A stretch of 64,000 bases of DNA from Paraspadella gotoi. Lineage: Eukaryota; Animalia; Chaetognatha. Position 1 is the first letter of the stretch. Each line of letters opens with the position of its first letter. The translations under genes and the position numbers were made by a program. Below the pieces are notes generated by a model that saw only the letters and a program-made list of their open reading frames with translations, searched no databases and was not told where the DNA came from. The stretch spans positions 663,178-727,177 of the forward strand of contig JBJCIZ010000239.1 in NCBI GenBank assembly GCA_051294375.1. Direction: 5' to 3'. This document shows positions 53,322 to 64,000 of the stretch, piece after piece.

Positions 53322-53677
53322 CTAACTGTGTCCTAAAAAAATATTATTTTCCTTCAAATAACGAAATAAAATGCTTTTATCATAACTATTAAACTTTTTT
53401 TGAGCAGATCTGTACACTTTTTGGTCGGATGGTAAGACTGTCTGTCTCACAGTATCTTTTTCTATCTATCGGTCTGTCAGTTCGTCTGTTTAATTAAAGC
53501 TTAGCTAACAGAATACACAATGCCAAGCTATTTTTATAAGTAAATATTCTAAAAAAAAGATCAACATGATTTGGATACTTACGCATATTCCCTCCCTGGA
53601 AATACGATCACCGATCACGTAGATAAAAAGTAAAATCGGGGTAACACCATGGAATTTCAATTCCTCCATCTTTCCTT

Positions 53678-53935
53678 ATTAGTTGCGGAAACAACTCTAT
53701 AAGTCATTTTTCGGTCGATCAGTATGTCTGTCCGTCGGTCTGTCGTCTATTGTCTTACATTGAAAATGCTCATAACTCGCCCATAGTTGCTCATTTGTTG
53801 AGACAGGAAAAAAAAAACCCTCAAAACTAAGTGACTGCTAGCGCCGCCTTCAGGAAATCATAAAACTATAAAGAAAAAAAGACTAGCTCAGAAAGTCACT
53901 GCGGCGCAACACACATTTGAATTTTCGTTCTTGTT
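53678..53935 (+). mobile_element. HINE-like element, copy of 36314-36602
   Basis: Shares caactctataagtca.ttttcggtcg, ttgctcatttgtt.agacag, cctcaaa.ctaagtg and gtcactgc.gcgcaa; hairpin shortened. Confidence 0.6.
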
Positions 53936-55297
53936 TCCTTTCTACTTTTTTTTTCCCATTTCCCACCTCTCTTTCTTACCTCTCTCTATCTCTTACCCCC
54001 CACGAAGCGTCAACCTTAACATATGATACACTTATCTCGGATTTCTTTTTCTTTTTCTCTATTGCTCCAGCGGAGCAATTTTTTACCGTCTTATTTCTTA
54101 TTTCTTATTTCTTTTTTCTTCTTTTTATTCCCCGCAGTTTCTATGCTTCCCACTTTTGTTTTTCCGCGGAGGTGACTTACCTTTAACGTTTTAACAATTG
54201 TGCTTTTTAACGTTAGCTTCCATTTAATCTATCTGTCTGTCTGTCTCTCTCTCACTCTCTCAAAAATCTCTCATCTCTCTCTCTTTTTATAAAATATAAA
54301 AAACTTCCTGCTTCTTTGCCCCGTCCTTTCCTCCATCCTTCGCATCATCTCTAATCTCTCTCTCCTCTCTATTCAATCGTCATTCTCTTCTCTCATCTAT
54401 CTTCTCTCTCTTTTTTTTTATATATAAACTTCCTGTTCCCTTCCCTCCGTCCTTTCTCCCTCCTATCGCCATCATCTCTCTCTCTCTCTCATCTCCATCT
54501 TCTTCTCTCTCTCTCCTTCTCTTCCCAAAACTCATTGAGCTCAAACTTTTGCCCAGAATCGGATTCCTCGCCATTTGGCATTCTTCGCGAGTGCCCCAGA
54601 AACGAGATCCTACCCCGCCGGCAATTAGTCTCATCAGAGAGAGAGAGAGAAAGAGAAAAGAGAGAGAAAAGGAGAGTGAGAGAGAGAGAGAGAGCGAGAG
54701 AAGAATACGAGGTAATGAAAACGAATAGGAAAAGGAGAGAGAGAGAGAGAAAGAGAGAGAGAGGAGAGAGAGAGAGAGAATGAAATATCGAGGGTACCGG
54801 AATACCGATATAAAGAGGCGGACCGACTTATACCGGACAGAAAGAAAACATTGAAAACTTGGAGAAAGCCAAAGAATTAAGGGACGAAAAGAAAACAAAG
54901 GAAAACAAGGGAAAAGCAGGAAAGAAAAAAGGAAGGCAATTAAGAAGACAGGTAAAGGGAATACAAAAAGAAAGAAAACAAGGGAAAAGGCAGGGAGAGA
55001 GAAAGCAAGAAGAAGCAAGAAAGGAAATTAAAGAAAAAAAAAATATAAAAGGAAGGGAAGGAAAAAGAAAAAAAAAACGAAAGAAAGAAGGACCGAAAGG
55101 AAAGGAAGGAAAAAAAGAAAGAAGAGATGAATTAAAAGGAAAATAAGAGAGAAGAGACAGAAGAGAGAGATGTGAAAAATGAGATAACATCGAAAAGTGT
55201 TCCAATCAGGTCTTCGCGGAAAACCGATCCAATAACTCTCTCACTCTCTAACTAGAATACTTCGAATCATCTCTCTACTCTCAATTTCTCCTCAAAC

Positions 55298-55349
<52 letters not shown>

Positions 55350-55880
55350 CTCTCTCTTCTCTCTTCTCTTTCCTCCCACCCACCTCATATCAGAGACTCC
55401 TCTAATCATCTCGATCTCACTTTCTGATTAAAGATTAAACCAAGGGACAGAGACAACCGGCTTAAAAAAAGTTACAATCGAAAAAGAGAGAAAACCTCAC
55501 ACACATACATCCTCAATCCACACAGAAACGGGGAAAAAAAAAAATTGATCCATTTGTTGCTGACGATCGAAAGCAATTCGAACCCCGCCTTTTTCCTCCC
55601 CGACCCCCGCCCTCTCTTGACAGAGATGAAAATGGGATAGAAAAACATTTGGTACTGGAACGATAGCGACAGGGACTCGAAACATGTGTGAGAGAGGAGA
55701 GAGAGAGAGAGTAGAGAGAGAGAGAGGAAGAGAGAGAGCAGAGAGAGAGAGAGATAAAAAAGCTAATAAATACAACACCTTCCATTTTCTAGCGAAAAAG
55801 AAGGCGGCGGTGTCCTCCGGCAGCGATGATGATCAATTTTTCCAATAAACTGAAAGGAGAGAGAGAGAGCGAGAGAGAGA

Positions 55881-55922
<42 letters not shown>

Positions 55923-56365
55923 CGTAAATTTCCGTTCACCAGAAAAGCGGAACGCCAGAAAGTAACAAGTAAAATGTAGTCGGTTTTCGCTCGTAAATTG
56001 TAGACGGAAATCGCGCGGTTTTTCTTTGGAATTTGAATGTTGATAAAAAAAAGGTTTTTATTTGGGATTTTCTGCCCGAGTATAGTGGAGTACAGAGTAC
56101 ATTTAGGACCCTTGTTTTATTAACATTGCAATTGAGAGAAACCGTAACTAACCTTTATAGTTTATTGATGTTGTTTGTTTATTGTTTAATGTTTTCATAA
56201 AAAAAAAATTCCTTTGTTGATGCGTATTATTTGTAGTTTCATGCGTTTAATTTTTAAATTTAACAAACGGTAAACAGAATATTATTATTAGTATTACAAA
56301 ATATCAACAATAACAATAACTGTGGGGCCGCCAGGGAATCCGCCATGACAACGTCATTTCTTCTC

Positions 56366-56404
<39 letters not shown>

Positions 56405-56434
56405 TCGCTTGTGATTTCCTTCGGCGGCGCCGCG

Positions 56435-57422
56435 TCAAAGTCGGTTCTCGGCGCAGGGTAAGTCGGTGCCATTACTCATGCGCGTCTCTCGGTCGAAAAG
56501 GTAGGTCAAGGTTCGCAGAAGGTGGAATTCGACGCTGAAAGACGAAGAGTCACGGGGGAACGACGATGACGACGACGACGACAAACATACCGAAGGACGA
56601 CACAACAGTGACTGGCAATGAGCGAAGACGACGACGCACGACGAAGACGACGACGAAGGATGACGACGACGAAGATGACGACTGGACGTTTGATGACGAA
56701 GACGACAACGACGAAAGACGGCCGACGATGTCGCATAGAAGGCCGACAATTTACGAAGAGGATGACGTCGAGAGATGATGACAAGGAAAACCAGGAGTAC
56801 TGACAACGACGACGATGACGACNNNNNNNNNNNNNNNNNNNNNNNNNAAAAAGAGAGAGATAGAAAGGAAAAATAGGACAAACGCAAAGAACGAAAGCAG
56901 AAAAAAAAAACGAAATAATATATAATAACTAAAGCGAAACGAAGTATGCGTTATTTGCTCTCTGATACCTGACTTTAGAAACTGCTTTGTCAAATGACTC
57001 CACAAATTAATAATGTAATGCACACAACAAGCATTTACAAATCAGTTTCCAAAGTACATACTTATGACTTATTCAGAATATTGGAAACTCATTTAATCAA
57101 CGTGAAAGCACAAGTCTAACGTTACCTGTTAACGTTCACCAAATTAAGAGAACCAAATTTGCGGGTGCGCCATCTTTAGTTTTCTCACCGACAGAACGCC
57201 GCTCTCCGACGCATCCTCTTAAACTTAAACCCGAGCTTCGTGCTTTCTTCCGGACTTTTTCTCTCAATCCCTCTCGTCCCTTTAAAAGCGCCGTCGTTCA
57301 CAGTTACAACCGCTCCCCTAACTGCCACGCCCCTCTCTAGAATTCTTCCCCAGGCGCCCATTACCAACTCACGTTTTAGGCCGATCGCGGAATTCGTCCT
57401 ATCGCCTCCTACAAACGGTGTT
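56435..57422 (-). CDS. Candidate two-exon host gene fragment (57422-57189 joined to 56534-56435)
   Basis: Open 234-nt segment ending at donor CG|GTGAGA; acceptor cttcgtctttcag|C is phase-compatible, giving ...RRRAAFCR-VEFHLLRTLTYLFDRETR...; no recognised family. Confidence 0.3.
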
Positions 57423-57859
57423 CTTTAAAAGGCCGATCGAATTTTTTTTTTTTTTTTTTTTTGGACCTTTTTTTTTTAGTTGAACACGGAGGCACTCATC
57501 AAGGCGCTTTTGGTCCTATTATACTGTATTATTGTATATCCTAGTTATAAGCATGTAAAATTTCAGTAAGAACAGTCCGACAGTGTAGTAAGATGATGTA
57601 TCATGCGATACTTCAAGACACATATAATCTGTACTATAGTATTCTATAATTTTAATACATGACATTCGTATTAATTATATTTGGAATATTGTCAGAGGCT
57701 TGATTCACATTTTGCATTAATGTATTGTTTTTTTTTTTGTTATTTTGTAATAGGGATTTCATCCTTAAACCAACTTCTTCATACAGAAGAGAGATCGTTA
57801 ATATATGATATTGAAGAGACAGTAATTATTGATAAGTGTTAATGACAGAACCGTTCAAT

Positions 57860-57996
57860 ATAAGCAGTCCCTGAGCTTCGGATCAGGCTGTAACACACCA
57901 TGTTACAGGCGGGTTAAGCGCCCCGTCCCTCTTAACTGCCGGACCCCGGACCTTTGGTTTGGGAGGCGAGTGACTTGCCTCCGGCACCATGGCCGC
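57860..57996 (-). mobile_element. tRNA(Gly-like)-derived SINE fragment
   Basis: Minus strand GCGGCCATGGTGCCGGAGGCAAGTCACTCGCCTCCCAAACCAAAGGTCCGGGGTCCG: degenerate A box, CTCGCCTCCCA anticodon-arm motif as in tRNA-Gly, decayed B box. Confidence 0.45.
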
Positions 57997-58549
57997 TTAT
58001 GAACGGTTGGTGGATTTTAGTCCACCATAATATGAAATTGGTACAACCAATATAAAAATATCCATTCATTCACATCTCGAACAAAACCTCGTTCGTTTTT
58101 AAAATCGGGCTAATAAACAAATGATTTTTCGCTTTACGAAGTTTTTATTTGTTACCGAATTCCGATCCAATAAAAAAAAATTAAAGATTTTTTTTGAAAA
58201 TCTATTTCCGTTTTTTGTTAAAGTTTTCGATCTTATAATTCATTATAATTTTTAGGATGAGAAATACTTTTTTTGAAAATGTATATGAAATTGGTACAAA
58301 CAATATAAAAATTATCCATTCATTTAATAATAAAGCTATCTTGCCCACGACTTTGGAAAGGCTTTTGTGTTTAGGGCCTCCATCACTCATACAAGATAAT
58401 AGACATAGCAGGTCCCTGCAATCTTTTCTATCAAGACTCTCACACAGTAGAAGCACTAGGAATTAATTTTTTTAATATTTATTTATAGATAGGAAATGTC
58501 AAAACAAGTTTTTTGAATTTGTATTTTTAAAATCATATTCAGATAGCTT

Positions 58550-58800
58550 ATAAAAAGTTGTCTACCCAAGTATAATTCTTTTTTCAATATTTTGATTATA
58601 AGTGGGTGAAAATTGGGAAAACCTTGAAAAAATTATCCCCATCATCATCATCCATGATTTTAGTAGTTTTTGCTCACTTTCAGTAATAAAATATCACAAT
58701 TTTAAAAAGTTGCTAAATTATATTTTTGCCTAACTTTTTGAGCTCTATCAGAATTCAGAATAAATTAAAAAAACTTAAATATCCAAAAATAATTTTAATT
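58550..58800 (-). repeat. Dispersed AT-rich repeat (MITE-like) homologous to ~17410-17640 and ~26130-26360
   Basis: Reverse complement shares attctgatagagct..aaaagttag and atgatgatgat..gataatttt..aaggtttt motifs. Confidence 0.6.
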
Positions 58801-59142
58801 AGCGAATTACTCATCTTCGAAACATTTTTGCTAAAAAAAATATTTTAACATAATAACTAATACCAAGAATTAATTCGTTTAATACTGTTCATTAAAATTT
58901 GAATTTGGTCGTCTACCGCTAGTGGGAGATAAAAAAAATATTGCAGAAAAAATAATCAAGTCATAATATTCAACCTAACTTCGGCTGTAAACTATCTATT
59001 TGCTGCCTTTTGAATTTTCTAATTTCATCCCACTAAAACAAATAATATGAAAATTATATATAATTAAGTAATGGAGGTAATAAAGTATAACTATAAGTTA
59101 CGTTCTTTGGGGGTTCATCCTTCTATAATGTGGAATACAAAT

Positions 59143-59366
59143 ATATTTGATTTAATAATAAGGCTCCCTTAATTAAGAGTAGCCGTTTAAAAAGATATGT
59201 TACAAAATAACAATCCATTAATACTCTCCAAAACACTGTTCAATTTTTTTTTAAAATTAATATACAATATTTGATTTAATAATTAGGCTACCTTAATTAA
59301 GAGTAGCCGTTAAAACATATGTTACGAAATAACAATCATTTAAATACTCTCCGAACTATGTTCAAT
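59143..59366 (+). repeat. ~125-bp tandem duplication
   Basis: tatttgatttaataat.aggct.ccttaattaagagtagccgtt...aatactctcc occurs at ~59143 and ~59268. Confidence 0.9.
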
Positions 59367-59665
59367 ACAAATCGATCAATTAATTGTTTGATGATTTTAT
59401 GAAACTTGATTGTTATGAAGTGCTTTAAGTATAAAAAAAAAAGACGGACAAGGTTGAAAAATTTCTGAGAATTCAAGGTATTTTAAAAACGATTGGGTGT
59501 TTACTTAACTTTCTTTATATTCAACTTATTCTGAGGAAAGTTCCTTTATAACATGTACATGGGAAATAAATAAAACAAAAAATACTGCATATGCAAATTA
59601 GATTTTTAGCGTTTGAATTAGTTTCTTCTCGGTGGCTACCATAAGTAAATATTCGAATAGAGAAT

Positions 59666-59728
<63 letters not shown>

Positions 59729-60010
59729 TTTCCCATCACGTGACCCACGTAAGCGTCATGATCACGGCTGCTGTGACGAGATTCAGGGATTGACGAAGGC
59801 CGACGATGACGACGACAACGACGACGACAACGACGACGACCCAACGTTCCACGATCACAACACACACCCTGCCACTCTCCTCTCCGGCCACGCCCTTCTT
59901 CCAAACGTCCGGCGTCCGGATTTACGCGGCCGGAATGTCTGTCGACTTTCGTCGCGCTCCGCGGGAGATGGAAGCAGCTGCGGTCCCTGCTCTGCCGGAC
60001 CGAATGTGAG

Positions 60011-60290
60011 ATTGCTGCTGCTTCTGAAGCCGCGCAGAAGATGGCAGCTGGATTCCTCCCACTCGGGATTCCTCCCACGGGATTCTCCCATGGATTCCTC
60101 CGACACGGGATTCCTCCCACACGGGATTTCTCCCGCGGAATTTTCCCATTGCTGCTGCTTCTGAAGCGCGCAGAAGATGGCAGCTGGATTCCTCCCACTC
60201 GGATTCCTCCACGCGGATTCTCCCCATGGGATTTCCTCCACACGGAATTCCTCTCACACGGAATTCCTCCCACACGGGATTCCCACTGAA
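60011..60290. repeat. Nested minisatellite: ~17-bp ggattcctcccacacg units inside a ~137-bp duplication
   Basis: attgctgctgcttctgaagc..gcagaagatggcagctgg at ~60011 and ~60148, each followed by several 17-bp units. Confidence 0.88.
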
Positions 60291-60672
60291 CCAACATGCT
60301 GCTGAGGCTGCGTTGTTGAGAAGCTGTAGAGAAGGGTTGACATCTAAAGATCATTCGTTTTTGAGAATATTGCGAAAAACTAAAATGAATGTTTTTCGCT
60401 TTTTTTCCCCCCCTTTTCATTTTACTGTAAAAATCCTCTCCAACAGCCTGGAACTTCATTTCAGATTCCGCGGACAATCCGGCTAGTTACAAATACAACT
60501 ACAGCGGTATCTCATACTTTTAAAGCTACTCTACTTATTCTTAACCGCTCCAACAGCTCTAATAGTTCCTAAAGCTCATACAGCTCCTACAGCTTCCCGC
60601 TGCTTCTCCCGTGCTGCGCGCGGAGATTCGGATTTATAAGCGGGACCCGAGTTACGGCGAAGTTACGAGGAG

Positions 60673-60713
<41 letters not shown>

Positions 60714-60956
60714 AGACAGAGTCACGCCCTCTTTGGTGGATTAAGTCTTCAATAGAATTCAGGTTTTGCTTTTGGGTTTTTTTTAGAAATTCTCCGTTAT
60801 TCAAATTTAAACTTATACAATAATGTGAGTTAGGTACATTAAAATATTAGCCGTTCAGTTTGTTCGATGAAAAGAGAAAGAAAAATCGAACGCGTTCGAA
60901 CCGAAATAACGACATTTGTAAATGTCACAGTACAGTCCATTTTAAGGAGTAGAGAG

Positions 60957-61009
<53 letters not shown>

Positions 61010-62247
61010 CTGAATGACGAAGAAAATTCAGTTAATTAGAAAATGTTGATTTTTCGTAGTTCTTTTTCCCCCCACCCTCGATAAAATAACACCGTGGCCC
61101 TTAGCAAAGACCCCTTCGGCCTCGCCCACGTTTTCTCTGGCGCCCATCGTCCACAACCCTGCCACGGAGCGACACAACTCCTCTCCGCGCCCACAGTTTT
61201 TGACGCGTCTTCCGTGTTTCGAAAGAAAAGAAAACGACTACTTGAGCCAAAATATCGTCAGAGGGGCAAGAGAGAAGGGCGAGAAGTTGAAAACTTATCT
61301 ATATGCAAATAAGATTCGGAACGAGGCTGTGGAAATCAAAATAAAATGATCAATCAATTATTTTCTTCTTCGTATTCACGAGGGAAAGATAGATATGCTA
61401 GTGGACGATAGAATTTGTGTTAATTGATGTATCGATAACTGATCAGTAATTAATCTGTTAATGCTATTGGTGCTATTTGCGATTATTTGTACCACTGCGA
61501 CCCATGGCCGTCCGGCCCGTCCAAAGCCGATTAAACCGAATTTTGCGATATAACTTATAAAGGAAGGCATCTTTTAAAAGATCTCAAAATGCAAAGTCTT
61601 TATTGTATTTAATTTTAATCCATTGAATTCAGGAAGAATTCGTCAACACTTCCGAATCTGAATCTTAAATTAATCCAAAATGGCGGCCACGCGCGCCTCG
61701 CTTCTCCTTTCCTCTCGAAAAATATCGATGTCCTTTTTCTGCCAAGACCTTTGCGATGTTTGCATCGGTCGTTAAGGTCTGTCGACCAAAGCGGTTGCCA
61801 TGGTGATTTCGATAAATATAAGTTTTAGAGTATGTGAAACGTGGACTTAGATCAATTAGGCGTCAAGTTTTAGGTCAAACCCTTTTAAACGCTGTAACGC
61901 TCTGTAACTTACAGCAATTTAAATATAGATCTTTTTTGAAGTATTATTTTTTCACAAATAACACAGTTAATCGCAAGAATGGACCAGTAGACCAAATGAA
62001 GAAAAACTGATAAGACTGAAAAAGTATTGAAAATAACATTATATTAAATCATAAGACCGTCGACGAACGGACGGAAGAACGGACGAAGGGACGAACGGAC
62101 GAAGCTGTGATGTGAAATGACTGAGTGATAAAAGTGAATTGCCGAGTGAAGGAAAAAAAACTGTGAGATTTATCGGCTTAATTTCGAACGTCCTTTTTTT
62201 TCGGTTTTATTCACGAATACATTTTTTACCATAGAGGGGGATAGAGG

Positions 62248-62331
<84 letters not shown>

Positions 62332-62439
62332 AGCGGCTTAGTTTACCGGTTGGGAAAAAGAGATTAGGAATGACAGAAGGAGATTCGTTGTCTCTGTTTC
62401 TGAAAAAAAACGTTTATTCTCTTCTCTCTCTCACACACA

Positions 62440-62475
<36 letters not shown>

Positions 62476-62540
62476 CTCTCTCTCCTCTCTCTCTTCTCTC
62501 CCCACGGGATTGAAAGACAAAGATGATAGGTCATCACAAG

Positions 62541-62595
<55 letters not shown>

Positions 62596-62869
62596 CGTAT
62601 CTTCTTCCTCCATGAATTATGCTTATCTTTTTGATCGATAATTATGCGGTAACATTTAGCCTGGATTTCCTTATCTCTCTCCGCCACTTTCTTTCTCTCT
62701 CTCTCTCTCTCTCTCATCACTCTCTTCTCTCTCTCTCTCTCTCTGTTTCTCAGTTTTTCTTTCTCAAAGCCTATCTCAAAGGTTTAATATTTAGTATCAC
62801 TTAATCTTCTGTTTCTTTTGTTTGTTCTTTTTTCAAAAAAAAAATTATTATCAAGCATTACATCTTCAT

Positions 62870-62870
<1 letters not shown>

Positions 62871-62933
<63 letters not shown>
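62871..62933. repeat. (CAT)n microsatellite
   Basis: About 20 pure units. Confidence 0.95.
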
Positions 62934-63029
62934 GTCAAGGTCGTTTTCTTTTCGTTTCCTCTTTCGTCTTTATCTCGTCATAATCATCATCGTCTTCGTT
63001 TTTTGACTTCGATTTCTCACGACGTGAGC

Positions 63030-64000
63030 TTCGTTGTCGTCCGTCGTCGTCGTCGTCGTCGTCGTCTTCATCGTCGTTACCCAATCTTCCTTGTCGTCGT
63101 CGTCGTCTCGTCGTTCTTCATCGTCGTTACCATCTTCCTTGTCCGTCGTCATCGTCGTCGTCGTCGTCGTTCATCGTCGTTACCATCTTCTTGTCGTCGT
63201 CAATCGTCGTCGCGTCGTCGTCGTCGTCTCTTCATCGTCGTTACCATCTTCCTTGTCGTCGTCATCGTCGTCGTCGTCGTCGTTCGTCGTCTTCATCGTC
63301 GTTACCATCTTCCTTGTCGTCGTCATCGTTCGTCGTCGTCGTCGTCCGTCTTCATCGTCGTTACCATCTCCTAGTGTCGTTCGTCGTCGTCGTCGTCGTC
63401 GTTCATCGTCGTTACCATCTTCCTTGTCGTCGTCGTCGTCGTCCGTCTTTCATGCGTCGTTACCATCTTCCTTGTCGTCGTCATCGTCGTCGTCGTTCCT
63501 CGTCATCGTCGTTACATCTTCCTTTTCGTCGTCAATCCGTACGTCGTCGTTGCTCGTGTCCGTTCATCTCCTTGTCGTCGTCGTCGTCGTCGTCTCTTAT
63601 CGCTACATTTCCTTGTCGTCGTCGGTCGTCGTCGTCTCGTCTTCTCGTCGTTACTCTTCTCCTTCGTCGTGTCGTCGTCGTCGTCGTCGTCTTCATCGTC
63701 GTTACCATCTTCCTTGTCGTCCGTCTCGTCCGTCGTCGTCCCTTCATCGTCGTTACCATCTTCCTAGTCGTCGTCGTCGTCGTCTCCTTCATCGTCGTTA
63801 CCATCTTCCTTGTCGTCGTCATCGTCGTCGTCGTCGGTCGTCGTCGTTTCATCGTCGTTACCGATCCTTCCTTGTCGTCGTCAAAATCGTCGTCGTCATT
63901 CGTCGTCTTCATCCGTCGTTACCATTCTCCTAGTGTCATCGTCGTCCGTGCGTCGTCGTCTTCATCGTCGTTACCATCTTTCCTTGTGTCGTCATCTTCG
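63030..64000. repeat. Satellite with constant core cttcatcgtcgttaccatcttccttgt and variable (CGT)n spacer, ~50-60 bp period
   Basis: About 15 units running off the window end. Confidence 0.92.

Larger units (their letters stand above)
44757..53412 (+). mobile_element. Tc1-like DNA transposon, internally deleted (~870 bp of own sequence), split by the gypsy insertion
   Basis: Perfect 24-bp TIRs CAGATCTGCTCAAAAAAAGTTTAA (44757-44780) and reverse complement (53389-53412), flanked by TA (44755-56, 53413-14); transposase pieces on both sides of the retroelement. Confidence 0.93.

Noticed and set aside
59521-60477. 318-aa minus-strand ORF
   Set aside because: Runs through the 17-bp minisatellite, (CGT)n and (CT)n tracts; open in several frames; no recognisable domain.

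Overview
Eukaryotic, AT-rich, microsatellite-saturated ((GA)n, (CGT)n, (AAT)n) draft-assembly window with N gaps and long-read-type indel noise. Nearly all six-frame ORFs are microsatellite translations. Positions ~2.3-34.8 kb are a mosaic of a few repeated modules: an almost identical 8.7-kb tandem duplication (probably partly an assembly artefact), an inverted copy, and a decayed gypsy integrase fragment in each copy. The only substantial coding unit is a young, divergent Ty3/gypsy LTR retrotransposon (45041-52827, minus strand; gag-PR-RT-RH-IN) nested inside an internally deleted Tc1-like transposon (44757-53412; 24-bp TIRs, TA duplication, DD35E spacing). The retroelement is unusual in four ways: an OTU-fold-like domain lacking catalytic residues between RNase H and integrase; two perfect three-unit heat-shock elements in U3; apparent CAT...ATG rather than TG...CA termini with an altered D-34-E integrase loop; and a 5' LTR that has lost U3. 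Also present: Helentron/DINE-1-like non-autonomous elements, two tRNA-derived SINE heads, several minisatellites and a few low-confidence host exon candidates. All protein family assignments are by-eye motif recognition, not database searches.
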